Assembly: GCF_000284115.1 (NCBI RefSeq)
Contig: NC_017080.1
Location: 2,640,001 to 2,672,000 of the forward strand
DNA length: 32,000 nucleotides
DNA from: Phycisphaera mikurensis NBRC 102666
GTDB taxonomy: Bacteria > Planctomycetota > Phycisphaerae > Phycisphaerales > Phycisphaeraceae
Direction: 5' to 3'
Position numbers and translations under genes: made by a program
Part shown: in pieces, positions 1 through 11,393 of the stretch
Numbering within the stretch: position 1 is the first letter of the stretch
Layout: each line of letters starts with the position of its first letter
Notes under the pieces: generated by a model
What the model saw: only the letters and a program-made list of their open reading frames with translations
Told to the model about the DNA's origin: nothing
Database searches by the model: none

Positions 1-452
1 ACACCCGCTTCAACGTGGTCGTGCGCCCTGGCGACATCATCCGCGTCCCCAACGAGAACGCCGGCTTCTGCTACTTCACCGGGCAGATCGCACGCGGTGG
101 CGCGTACAACGTCCCCGGCGAGAACCGCCTGACGCTCAAGCAGGGCATCGCCGCCGCCGGCGGCCTGGGCCCGCTGGCCAACCCCAAGCGGGTGGACCTG
201 GTGCGGCGGATCGGCGACGACACGGAGGCCACCATCCGCCTCGACGTCAAGGCCATCTACGACGCGACGCAGCCGGACATCTACCTGAAGGTCGAGGATC
301 AGATCAACATCGGCACCTCCTTCTGGGCGGTCCCCCTGGCGATCGTCCGCAACGGCCTCCGCCTGACGTACGGCTTCGGCTTCATCGCGGACCGCAACTT
401 CGGCAACGACATCTTCGGGGCTCCGCCCCGCGACGACGGCTTCCGCCGCTGA
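1..452 (+). CDS. Polysaccharide export protein, C-terminal fragment (Wza/EpsE/GumB-like); 5' end lies outside the window
   Basis: Frame 3 is open from the window edge (TRFNVVVRPGDIIRVPNE...) and stops at TGA 450-452. The VVRPGDII.VP motif and the following SLBB-like segment are typical of periplasmic polysaccharide export proteins. The gene sits at the head of the EPS/exosortase cluster. Confidence 0.7.
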   Translation, partial: TRFNVVVRPGDIIRVPNENAGFCYFTGQIARGGAYNVPGENRLTLKQGIAAAGGLGPLANPKRVDLVRRIGDDTEATIRLDVKAIYDATQPDIYLKVEDQINIGTSFWAVPLAIVRNGLRLTYGFGFIADRNFGNDIFGAPPRDDGFRR

Positions 453-542
453 CCGCGGCGGCGGCGCCCGAGCGGGCGTCACCGCCGGCGGATCCCCAAC
501 CGCGGCCGCAACGGGCCCGTGACCCCGGTCGCGGGCCCGTGA

Positions 543-2810
<2,268 letters not shown>

Positions 2811-2905
2811 ACCCCCGTTCCCGTGCCCCCCGGGCATCTCCCGGCCGCGACGGCCGGGCTTCCGTTCCGCTCCCGCCCGCCACCGCGGGCCACCCCCACC
2901 CCGCC

Positions 2906-5900
2906 ATGGCTGCCAGCGTCAACAAAACCTTCGTCGCCATCCTCGTCGCCGTGCTCGTCGCGGTGGTCGGCCTCGCCGGCGGCGTCTATTGGAAGCTGTA
3001 CCACCGCACCGCCGACCAGCTGCGGGTGGAGGGCGAGAAGCACCTCATCGAGGCCCGGCGGCACGCCGCCGAGGTCGACAGCCTGGAGGGCGACGCGGCG
3101 CTGCAGAGCTACCGCCGGTCCGGCGAGGAGTACGAGCAGGCCACCAGCCTCTTCGGGCAGGCCTTCACCCGCGAACCGACGAACCTGGAGATCCTCCAGA
3201 ACTACATCGACTCGCTGTCGCAGATGCACGCGCCCAACCGGATCCGCGCTCAGGAGTTCCATCAGGAGCTCCTGGCCAAGCGGAAGCTGGCGGTGGAGCT
3301 CAGCGGCGACCAGCCCGAGCGGCTCGACGCTTACTTCGAGAGCCTGATGGCGATGGTGCCCTGGGCCGGCGAGGGCGTCTACCAAGCCGTCTTCCGGGAG
3401 GCCGAGCAGCGGCTGGCGACCAACCCCGACGACGCGATCTCCCGCAAGTACCGCGCCATCGTCGGCACCCACCGGCTCAACGAGAGCACCGACCTCACCG
3501 AGCAGCGGGCCATCCTCGACGACGTGGAGCGGGCGCTGGAAGAGTCGCCCGACGACCCCGAGCTGCACCTGGCGATGGCGCGCTACCAGCTGTTCGAGGC
3601 CGGGCGGGTGGAGCTCGACGACGCCGCCTTCGACGCCGCGATGCAGGCGGCGATCGAGGCGATCGAGGCCGCCACGCCGGGCGCTTCGGAGGATCGGACC
3701 GTGCTGCTGGGGCAGAACGAGGCCCGCCTGCGGGCGCTGCGGATGCTGCGGACCTCGGCCGCACGCGCGGCCGGCCGCGGGGTCGCCGCGGCGCGGATCG
3801 AGGCGCTGACCGCCCGTGCCGACCAGCTGGAGGCCCAGCTCGCCGAGGAGATCGGGCGGCTGGAGGCCTCCATCGCGAGCGATCCGACCATCGACGACCT
3901 CGTGCGGACCGCCGACTTGCTGACGGCGGTGGACCGCGAAGCCGTCGTGCTCGAGGGCGACGTCGCCTCCACGGGCGGCCTCAAGCGGACCGAGGCGCTC
4001 GTGCGTCGGGCCATCGCGAGCGAGCCGCTGAACGTCTCCTACAAGGTGATGCTGGGCAACCTTCTGCGGCTGCGGCAGCAGCACGACGAGGCGCTGACCG
4101 TCTACCGCGAGGCGGACGCGCTCGAGGCCGTGGGCCCCGCGGAGATGATGCTCCGCTCGGACGCCCGCCGGCGCCAGGCCCGCTTCGAGATCGCGAGCAT
4201 CGAGCTGATCAAGGCGGAGGCCGCCTCCGACCCCGCCGAGCGCGAGAGGCTGCTCAAGGGCGCCGAGGAAGCCGTCGACGAGCTGGTGAACGCCGAGCAG
4301 CGGACGGCGCGGGTCCTCCTGCTCGAGGGCAAGATCGCCCTTCTCCGCAAGCAGACCACGCGGGCGATGCAGAGCCTCGATCGCGCGGTGCAGATGTACG
4401 CCGACGCCGGCCAGCCCAACGTGGAGGCGATCCTGCTCTCCGCCCGCGCGCGGCAGAGCGAGCAGCAGTACGGGGCCGCCGCCGAGCGCCTCGAGGAGCT
4501 GCTCCGGGCCTACCCGCTGGAGCGGAGCCCCTCCACCGAGCAGCGGATCCGTCGCCAGCTGGCGGAGATCTACCTCGCCTCGAATCGACCCCAGGAGGCC
4601 GCGGGCCAGGTGGACCGCCTCGCCGAGATCGCCGCCGAGGACGCCTCGGTCGCGGCGCTGCGCGGACAGGTGGCGCTGCAGAACAACGAGCCCGACAAGG
4701 CGGCGGCGGTCTTCGAGGCCGCGGGCTTGATGGGCAACCCCGGCATCGTGCGCCGCCTGGCGCAGGCCTACCGCGCCAACGGTCGCCCGGAGGAGGCCAC
4801 CGGCTTGCTCTCGGGCTTCCTCGACGCCAATCCCGCCGACCCCGGCGTGCTCGCGGAGTTGATGCCGGCGCTGGACGAGGACGCCCGCGCGTCCCGCATC
4901 GCCGCGGCCGAGGCCGCCGGGCTCGCCGAGGAGACGGCGATGCTGCTCCGCGGCAGCAGCGACCCCGCAGACCGCCAGCGGCTCGTCGACTCCCTCGCGG
5001 CGCGGGACGGCGGCGGGATCGAGGAGCAGCTCCGCCGGGCCACCCTGTGGGAGCGGCTCGAGGAGCCGGAGAAGGCCGCGGCGGCCTACGACCGCGCCCG
5101 CGCGATCGATCCGAACCACCCGCGGGTCCTCCTGGAGGACCTGCGGATCGCGCTGGAGGCGGGAGAGATCGAACGGGCCCGCCGGCTGGCCAGCACCGCG
5201 AGCGAGGAGAACCTCGACCTCGCCGGCGGCCGCTTCATCCGCGGCCAGGTGGCGGCGGCCCAGGGCGACACCGGCACCGCGATCGTTCTCTACAAGGAGG
5301 GCCTGCGGGAGCGACCGATCTACGACCAGGGTTGGAAGACGCTCGGCGACCTGCACCTCCGCGAGGGCGACCCCAACCAGGCCGCCGACGCGTACAGCCA
5401 GGCGACGCGCCAGCGGCCCGACAACGTCGGGGCGCTGCTGGGGCTCGCCGAGTCCCAGCGGATGCGTGGCCGCGAGGGCGCCGCGCTCGCGGCGCTGCGT
5501 GAGGCCGTGTCCGTGGTGCCCGAGAACGCCGGCGTGCGGGAGCGCTACCTCGCCTACGAGATCGCCCGCGGCGACGCGGAGCGGGCCCTGGCCTTCCGCC
5601 GGGAGCGGGCGGCTCAGCGTCCCGACGACGCCGGCAACCAGCTCGCGCTGGCACGGCTGCTCGTCGATCGGCAGCGGCCAGCGGAAGCCTTCGAGGTGCT
5701 CGACGCACTCGATGCCGCGGGCGACGTCGGCGTCACCCGCGCGTCGGCCGCGACCCGCGCCTCGCTGCTGGCGGAGGTCCGGGGCGACGACGAGGGCATC
5801 GCCTCGTTCCGCGGCTACCTCGCGGAGCGTGGCGAGGCGGCCGAAGCCGCGGACTACAGCGCCCTCGGGCGGCTGCTGGCCGCGGCCGGCGAGGCGGACG

Positions 5901-7558
5901 AGGCGCTCGCGGCCTACCAACGAGCCGCCGAGATGGAATCGCCCGACGACCCCCGCCGCGCCGCCACCCGCGAGCTCGGCGACTACCTCTTCGCAAGCGG
6001 CGACCCGGTGGCGGCCGCCGCCGTGTACCGCGACCTGCTCGCCTCGGACGCGCTCGCGCCCGAGGACCGCCAGCGGATCGCGCTGCGGCAGGCCGAGACC
6101 CTGGTCCGCGCCGGGGACGCGCCGGCGGCCGAGGCGCTGCTGAAGGACCAGGAACCCACCGCCGAGAGCGAGCTGCTCGTCGCGATGATCGCCAGCGGCC
6201 GCGGCGACGCGGAGGCGGCGAGGGCCTCGGTGGAGCGTGCGCTCCAGCTCAACCCCGAGTCGTCGGCCGCGTACCTGCAGCGGGCACTCCTGCCCGGCGC
6301 GGATCCGCAGCAGGCGCTTGCCGACGCGGAGCGTGCCGCGAGCCTCGACCCCGGCGACGCGGCCGCCGGGCAGCTGCGGACCGAGCTTCTCCTCCGGCTG
6401 GGGCGGCGCGAAGAGGCCACCGCGGCGCTGCGTGAGCGGCTCGACCAGAACCCCGGCGACGTCCGCGCCCGCGTCCGGCTCGCGGAGCTGCGCGCCGCCG
6501 ACGGCGAGCGCGACGACGCGGAGCGGCTGATCGAGGCGGGCCGACGCCTGGACCCCGACAACCCGGTCTGGGACCGCTTCGCTCGGCAGCTCGCGGCGTC
6601 CTCGCCGGATGCCGCGACCGCCACCGCGGCGTTGGAGGCGATGCTGGCCGAGAGCGGCGACCCCGCGGTGCTCGCGCGCCTCGCCCGCCGCCACCTCGAC
6701 GGAGGCGACGACGCCTCGGCGCTCGCGGCCTTGGACGGGTCCCCCGCCCTCGTGCAGGAGAGCCCGGAGCTGCAGGCGATCCGCGGCCGCGCCCTGGCCG
6801 CCGGTGGAGACACCGAGGGAGCCCGCAACGTGCTCCGCCTCGCGGCGGAGCGGAGCCGGGGGATCGGGGAGCTGGGCGGCGTGCTCAACGAGGCCGCGGC
6901 CGTTCTCGATCCAGAAGAGGCCGTGACGCTCGCCGAGGCCGCACCGAGCACCTTCGACGAGGCCTCGCTGGAGCTGGTGCAGGCCGCCGTGCTGATGAAC
7001 CATCAGCGCTGGGGTGCCACCGTGGCGCTGCTGGAAGCCCCCGATGCCGCCAGCCGCGACGCCGAGGGCGACCTGCTGGCGCGGCGGGACCGCTCGCTCG
7101 CCACCTCGCTGCAGAGCCTCGGCCGCGCGGAGGAGGCCAAGGCACGGTACGAGGCGCTCCTCGCGGAGCAGCCCGAGGACGTCGGGGCGCTGAACAACCT
7201 CGCGTACCTGCTCGCCGTCGACCTCGACCGCCCGGGCGAGGCGGTGCCCCTCGCGGAGCGTGCGCGGGACGCTTTGTCCCAGGGCGTCCCGCCGGTGCAG
7301 CGGGCGGCGGTGCTGGACACGCTGGGCTGGGCGCAGCACCTCGCGGGCGACGAGACCGCCGCCCGCGCGACGCTCGAGGAGAGCCTGCGCCTCGCGCCGA
7401 TCCCCGCGGCACACCTCCACCTCGCCCGCGTCTACCGGGCGATCGGGCTCGACACGCTCGCCGACGACCAGGCCCGGCGGGCGCGCTCGCTCGCGAGCGA
7501 GCGGGGCGACGCGGCGGTCCTCGAGGAGGTCGAGGCTTTCGAGGCCGCCGCGGGTTGA
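2906..7558 (+). CDS. Giant membrane-anchored TPR-repeat protein (PrsT-like, exosortase-locus associated), 1550 aa
   Basis: The ORF is 2807..7558 with its likely start at ATG 2906 (MAASVNKTFVAILVAVLVAVVGLAGGVYW, a single N-terminal TM helix). The rest is Ala/Leu/Arg/Glu-rich helical repeats with recurrent TPR-like A..Y..AL..dP.n patterns. It lies immediately downstream of the exosortase, as the TPR protein does in PEP-CTERM loci. Confidence 0.8.
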   Translation: MAASVNKTFVAILVAVLVAVVGLAGGVYWKLYHRTADQLRVEGEKHLIEARRHAAEVDSLEGDAALQSYRRSGEEYEQATSLFGQAFTREPTNLEILQNYIDSLSQMHAPNRIRAQEFHQELLAKRKLAVELSGDQPERLDAYFESLMAMVPWAGEGVYQAVFREAEQRLATNPDDAISRKYRAIVGTHRLNESTDLTEQRAILDDVERALEESPDDPELHLAMARYQLFEAGRVELDDAAFDAAMQAAIEAIEAATPGASEDRTVLLGQNEARLRALRMLRTSAARAAGRGVAAARIEALTARADQLEAQLAEEIGRLEASIASDPTIDDLVRTADLLTAVDREAVVLEGDVASTGGLKRTEALVRRAIASEPLNVSYKVMLGNLLRLRQQHDEALTVYREADALEAVGPAEMMLRSDARRRQARFEIASIELIKAEAASDPAERERLLKGAEEAVDELVNAEQRTARVLLLEGKIALLRKQTTRAMQSLDRAVQMYADAGQPNVEAILLSARARQSEQQYGAAAERLEELLRAYPLERSPSTEQRIRRQLAEIYLASNRPQEAAGQVDRLAEIAAEDASVAALRGQVALQNNEPDKAAAVFEAAGLMGNPGIVRRLAQAYRANGRPEEATGLLSGFLDANPADPGVLAELMPALDEDARASRIAAAEAAGLAEETAMLLRGSSDPADRQRLVDSLAARDGGGIEEQLRRATLWERLEEPEKAAAAYDRARAIDPNHPRVLLEDLRIALEAGEIERARRLASTASEENLDLAGGRFIRGQVAAAQGDTGTAIVLYKEGLRERPIYDQGWKTLGDLHLREGDPNQAADAYSQATRQRPDNVGALLGLAESQRMRGREGAALAALREAVSVVPENAGVRERYLAYEIARGDAERALAFRRERAAQRPDDAGNQLALARLLVDRQRPAEAFEVLDALDAAGDVGVTRASAATRASLLAEVRGDDEGIASFRGYLAERGEAAEAADYSALGRLLAAAGEADEALAAYQRAAEMESPDDPRRAATRELGDYLFASGDPVAAAAVYRDLLASDALAPEDRQRIALRQAETLVRAGDAPAAEALLKDQEPTAESELLVAMIASGRGDAEAARASVERALQLNPESSAAYLQRALLPGADPQQALADAERAASLDPGDAAAGQLRTELLLRLGRREEATAALRERLDQNPGDVRARVRLAELRAADGERDDAERLIEAGRRLDPDNPVWDRFARQLAASSPDAATATAALEAMLAESGDPAVLARLARRHLDGGDDASALAALDGSPALVQESPELQAIRGRALAAGGDTEGARNVLRLAAERSRGIGELGGVLNEAAAVLDPEEAVTLAEAAPSTFDEASLELVQAAVLMNHQRWGATVALLEAPDAASRDAEGDLLARRDRSLATSLQSLGRAEEAKARYEALLAEQPEDVGALNNLAYLLAVDLDRPGEAVPLAERARDALSQGVPPVQRAAVLDTLGWAQHLAGDETAARATLEESLRLAPIPAAHLHLARVYRAIGLDTLADDQARRARSLASERGDAAVLEEVEAFEAAAG

Positions 7559-7594
7559 TGCGCGTCCACCGCCCCCGCGAAGCGGGCACCGCGG

Positions 7595-7652
7595 GCGCCC
7601 GATTTTCCGCGGACCGCCGCTCGCCGTGCCGCTCCGCGGGCACGGTCCGCGG
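7595..7652. repeat. REP-like hairpin element, copy A (GCGCCCGAT-N3-CCGCGGACCGC-N22-GCACGGTCCGCGG)
   Basis: The 46-nt hairpin at 7607-7652 has stem sequences identical to the hairpin at 16203-16248, and both are preceded by the same GCGCCCGAT 9-mer. It is intergenic, downstream of the TPR gene stop. Confidence 0.5.
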
Positions 7653-7767
7653 GAAGGCGGTTGCCTCTCGACCCGGTACGGTTGATCCTGCGTAGGAGCC
7701 GCGAGGGCTCCTGACCTCCCCGCCTTCCGGCTTTTCGATCCCGCTTTCCTCGCTCACGCGTAACGCC

Positions 7768-10218
7768 ATGACCGCCAACCCCCTCTCGACGATCCCGCCG
7801 ATCGGGCCGACCACCGGCATGACCGCCCCGCCGATGTCGGCGAAGTTCAAGCCGGTCGACCCGGTCCGGCTGCTCCGCCAGCACCTCCTGTTGCTCGTCA
7901 TCGCCGGGCTCTTGGGCGGCATCGTCGGCGGCGGCCTGTGGTACGTCTGGCGGACGTACGCGCCGCTGTACGGCAGCAAGGCCCAGCTGCTGGTCACCGG
8001 CACGCCGCGCGACGCGACGCAGATCGTGCAGTTCGGGACCAGCTCCAGCGAGCTGTCCGAGATCGAGAACTTCATCAAGAACCAGCTGCCGGTGCTCAGC
8101 TCCGACGACCTGCTGCGCAGCGCCGTCAACAACCCGCAGGTCAAGCAGACCACCTGGTACAAGCAGTTCGGCGGCGACGTGCAGCGGGCCGCGGAAGCCC
8201 TCCAGGAGGACCACTTCACGGCGAGCGCCGACCGCGGCTCCTCGCTGATCAACCTCCAGGTCAACATGTCGCTGCCGGCGGACGCGCAGCAGGTGCTCGG
8301 CGGGATCATCGAGGCCTACCTGACCAAGCGGCAGATCGATCAGGCGAACCTCTCGGCGCTCTCGGCGCAGGCGATGACCCGCGACCTGCGGTCGGCCGAG
8401 GACGAGATCCAGCAGCTGGAGATGGCTTACCAGAACTTCATCCGCGACAACGACCTGGCGACGGTGCAGAACCAGAACTCGGAGGTCGCGATGGAGTACA
8501 GCGCGTTGACGACCCGCCGGCTCGAGCTCGAGCTCGAGCTCAACGCGGCCATGGGCTCCACCGCCGCGATGATGCAGGCGGAGGCGGAGGACCCGGACCG
8601 CGCGATGAGCGAGAACGAGGAGGCGGCGCTGCGGCTGTACCCCTCCGTCGCGAGCCGGGAGGAACAGCTCAAGCAGCTCCAGGAGGAGATCAACGTGCAG
8701 GCGGGGCTGGGCCGCGGCGAGCAGCACGCCATCCAGCGGAGCCTCGCCCAGCGGGTCGAGGCCGTGGAGCGGGAGCTGGCCGCCACGATGGCCAACGAGC
8801 TGCGGAAGTACCGGGCGACCCAGCTCGCCCTCGCCGAGCAAGCGGTGGAGGGTCTGAAGGCGACGGCCGCCGAGATCGAGGGCAAGGCCCGCGTGGCCCA
8901 CGAGCGGATGAAGGACTACAGCCGGAAGCTGACGCAGGTTGCCGAGATCCAGAGCAACCTGGAGCTGGCGCGGGCCAACCGGGCGGACGCGCAATCGGAC
9001 CTCCGGGACCGCCGCATCTTCAACGCCCGCGAGGACATCACCCGCGTCCAGCGGCAGACCAACCCCACGCGGGCGGAACTCGTGTCGCCCAAGCCTCTCG
9101 TGGTCATCCCCGGCGTCACCATGCTCTTCCTGGGCCTCACCGGAGGCCTGCTGTTCGCCCGCGAGATGCTCGACCAGCGGGTGAAGAGCCCGGCGGACCT
9201 GAAGATGCTGCCCGACGTCGCGCTGCTGGGCGTGCTCCCCGACGCCGCCGAGGACCCCTCCGGCGAGAAGTCGGTGGAGCGTGCCGTGGAGCTCGCCCCC
9301 GCCGGGCTGATGGCCGAGGCGTACCGCCAGGTCCGCACCTCGCTGCTCGCGAAGATGGACCGACGCGGCTACAAGACGCTGCTGGTCGTGGGCGGCCAGC
9401 CCGAGAGCGGGGCTTCCTCGGTGGCCCAGAACCTTGCCGCTTCGCTGGCTTACAACGGCCGCCGCGTGCTGGTGCTCGACGTGAACTTCCGGCGCCCGCG
9501 GCAGCACGAGCTCGCCGGCATCGCCAACTTCCACGGGCTCGTCAACGTCCTCGAGGAGGACGCGCCCTGGGCCGCCGCGGTGCACCAGGTCGAGGACATG
9601 TCGCTGTACGTGCTGCCCACCGGCGAGGCGAGCGAAGCCCACCCCGAGATGCTCGAGGGCCAGGCCTTCCGCGGCCTGCTCGGCGAACTGGAGACCGAGT
9701 ACGACCTGGTCGTCATCGACGCGCCGCCGGCGCTCTTGACCTCGGACAGCCAGCTGCTCGCGAAGCAGGTCGATGCGATCGCCATCGTGGTCCGCGCCAG
9801 CCGCGACCCGCGCGGCATGGTCGAGCGGATGCTCCGCCGGCTCGACGGCCAGCGGGCCGACGTGCTCGGGGTGATCCTCAACGGCGTCAGGTCGGCGGCG
9901 GGCGGCTACTTCCGCAAGTCGTACCAGGAGTTCTACGACTACCGCGAGAACGACAAGAAGCGGCCCGCCGGCGCCGACCGCCGGAGCCGCAAGCCGGTGG
10001 CCGCGGCGGCCGCGGCGGCCGGACCGGCCGCCCACGACGGGGACCTCAGGCCCGAGCCCGCCGACGACGACCTGCACGGCGTGATGACCGCCGAAGAGCG
10101 GGAGGGGCTCTCCTCGCCGGCGGCCGCGCTCAGCTTCCCGCCGCCAGAGACCGAAGACGAGCCGGGCATCGAGGATTCCTTCGAGATCGGGCTCGACGAC
10201 CCGCCGAAGCGGGATTGA
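7768..10218 (+). CDS. Polysaccharide chain-length determinant (Wzz/GumC-like) fused to a BY-kinase-like P-loop domain with degenerate Walker motifs
   Basis: The start is ATG 7768. The N-terminal TM helix (LLLLVIAGLLGGIVGGGLWYVW) is followed by a long coiled-coil periplasmic region and a second TM (VVIPGVTMLFLGLTGGLLFA). The CpsD/MinD-like domain carries VVGGQPESGASSVAQNLA, VLVLDVNFRRP and LVVIDAPP. A Tyr cluster (GGYFRKSYQEFYDY) lies at 9907-9942. Confidence 0.8.
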   Translation: MTANPLSTIPPIGPTTGMTAPPMSAKFKPVDPVRLLRQHLLLLVIAGLLGGIVGGGLWYVWRTYAPLYGSKAQLLVTGTPRDATQIVQFGTSSSELSEIENFIKNQLPVLSSDDLLRSAVNNPQVKQTTWYKQFGGDVQRAAEALQEDHFTASADRGSSLINLQVNMSLPADAQQVLGGIIEAYLTKRQIDQANLSALSAQAMTRDLRSAEDEIQQLEMAYQNFIRDNDLATVQNQNSEVAMEYSALTTRRLELELELNAAMGSTAAMMQAEAEDPDRAMSENEEAALRLYPSVASREEQLKQLQEEINVQAGLGRGEQHAIQRSLAQRVEAVERELAATMANELRKYRATQLALAEQAVEGLKATAAEIEGKARVAHERMKDYSRKLTQVAEIQSNLELARANRADAQSDLRDRRIFNAREDITRVQRQTNPTRAELVSPKPLVVIPGVTMLFLGLTGGLLFAREMLDQRVKSPADLKMLPDVALLGVLPDAAEDPSGEKSVERAVELAPAGLMAEAYRQVRTSLLAKMDRRGYKTLLVVGGQPESGASSVAQNLAASLAYNGRRVLVLDVNFRRPRQHELAGIANFHGLVNVLEEDAPWAAAVHQVEDMSLYVLPTGEASEAHPEMLEGQAFRGLLGELETEYDLVVIDAPPALLTSDSQLLAKQVDAIAIVVRASRDPRGMVERMLRRLDGQRADVLGVILNGVRSAAGGYFRKSYQEFYDYRENDKKRPAGADRRSRKPVAAAAAAAGPAAHDGDLRPEPADDDLHGVMTAEEREGLSSPAAALSFPPPETEDEPGIEDSFEIGLDDPPKRD

Positions 10219-10281
10219 CGGCCCTCGCCCGCTCGTCCGGGTCCCGCTCCGGGGCGGGCTCGAGGCGGCCGCCACCCGCTG

Positions 10282-11346
10282 GTGCTCGCCGCTCCTCCTC
10301 CCGATCCTCCTCCCGGTCCCGTGCCTGAACCCCGCCACCTCCTCGTCACCGGCGCCGCCGGCTTCATCGGCTCGCACCTGGTGCGGCGGCTGCTTGCCGC
10401 GGGGCATCGGGTCACCGGCCTGGACGACCTCTCCACGGGCTCGGCCGAGAACCTCGCGGAGCTTCCCGGCGGCGCACGCTTCCGGCTGCACGAGGGCGAC
10501 GCCGCGACGCTGCTGCGGTCCGCCGCGTTGGAAGGCACGATCGACGGCGTCTTCCACCTCGCCGCGTCGGTGGGGGTGGCGCGGGTGGTCGACGCCCCCT
10601 CCGCGTCCGCCGAGAACAACCTCGACCAGAGCCGCGCCGTGCTGCGCTTCGCCCGGGAGCGGGGAGCGGCGCTCCTGCTGGCCTCCAGCTCGGAGGTCTA
10701 CGGCAAGTGCCCGGCGTTGCCGTGCCGCGAGGCCGCCGACCTCTGCTTCGGCCCCCCCACCGCCAGCCGCTGGAGCTACGGCCTCGCCAAGGCGCTCGAT
10801 GAGCACCTCGCCCTCGACGCCGCGCGAAGCGGCGGCGGTCGCGTGATCATCGCGCGTCTTTTCAACGCCATCGGCCCCGGCCAGCTCGGCCGCTACGGAA
10901 TGGTGGTGCCCCGGTTCGTGACGGCCGCGGCCGCAGGCGGCGAGCTGGAGGTCTACGGCGACGGCTCGCAGGCCCGCTGCTTCTGCGACGTGCGCGACAC
11001 CGCCGCGGCGTTGGAGCGGCTCCTGCTCGGCCCGGCGCCGGCCCATGAGATCTTCAACGTCGGCGGCGACGAGCCGGTGACGATCGCGGCGCTCGCGGAG
11101 CGGGTGCAGCGGCGGGCGCGGGCCCTGGGCCTCCCAGGCGGCACCATCGTCCACCGGCCTTACGAAGAGGTGTACGGCGCCGGCTTCGAGGAACCGCGGC
11201 GGCGTGTGCCTGACCTCGGACGCGTCCGGGCGGCGGGTTGGGCGCCGCGGATCGGCCTCGACCAGACGCTCGATGCGCTGCTGCGGCCGCTGGCGGCGGC
11301 GCGGTCCGCGGGTGGAACGATTCAAGCGGTGGGGGTGCCCGCTTGA
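10282..11346 (+). CDS. NAD-dependent nucleotide-sugar epimerase/dehydratase (extended SDR)
   Basis: The protein has a Rossmann motif (LLVTGAAGFIGSHL), the catalytic ASSSEVYG and Y-G-L-A-K (YxxxK) motifs, and RLFNAIGPGQ and VYGDGSQARCFCDVRD. GTG 10282 is the only plausible start upstream of the GxxGxxG motif. Confidence 0.85.
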   Translation: MLAAPPPDPPPGPVPEPRHLLVTGAAGFIGSHLVRRLLAAGHRVTGLDDLSTGSAENLAELPGGARFRLHEGDAATLLRSAALEGTIDGVFHLAASVGVARVVDAPSASAENNLDQSRAVLRFARERGAALLLASSSEVYGKCPALPCREAADLCFGPPTASRWSYGLAKALDEHLALDAARSGGGRVIIARLFNAIGPGQLGRYGMVVPRFVTAAAAGGELEVYGDGSQARCFCDVRDTAAALERLLLGPAPAHEIFNVGGDEPVTIAALAERVQRRARALGLPGGTIVHRPYEEVYGAGFEEPRRRVPDLGRVRAAGWAPRIGLDQTLDALLRPLAAARSAGGTIQAVGVPA

Positions 11347-11393
11347 GCGAGAACGAGCCCCTCCTCGCCGCTCCTCCGCTCGCGGAGACCGCC

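Noticed and set aside
7484-7503. A perfect 20-nt palindrome, CGCTCGCTCGCGAGCGAGCG.
   Set aside because: It lies inside the TPR coding frame, where it encodes RSLASER. It is explainable by Arg/Ser/Leu/Ala/Glu codon usage, and no flanking features suggest a regulatory role.
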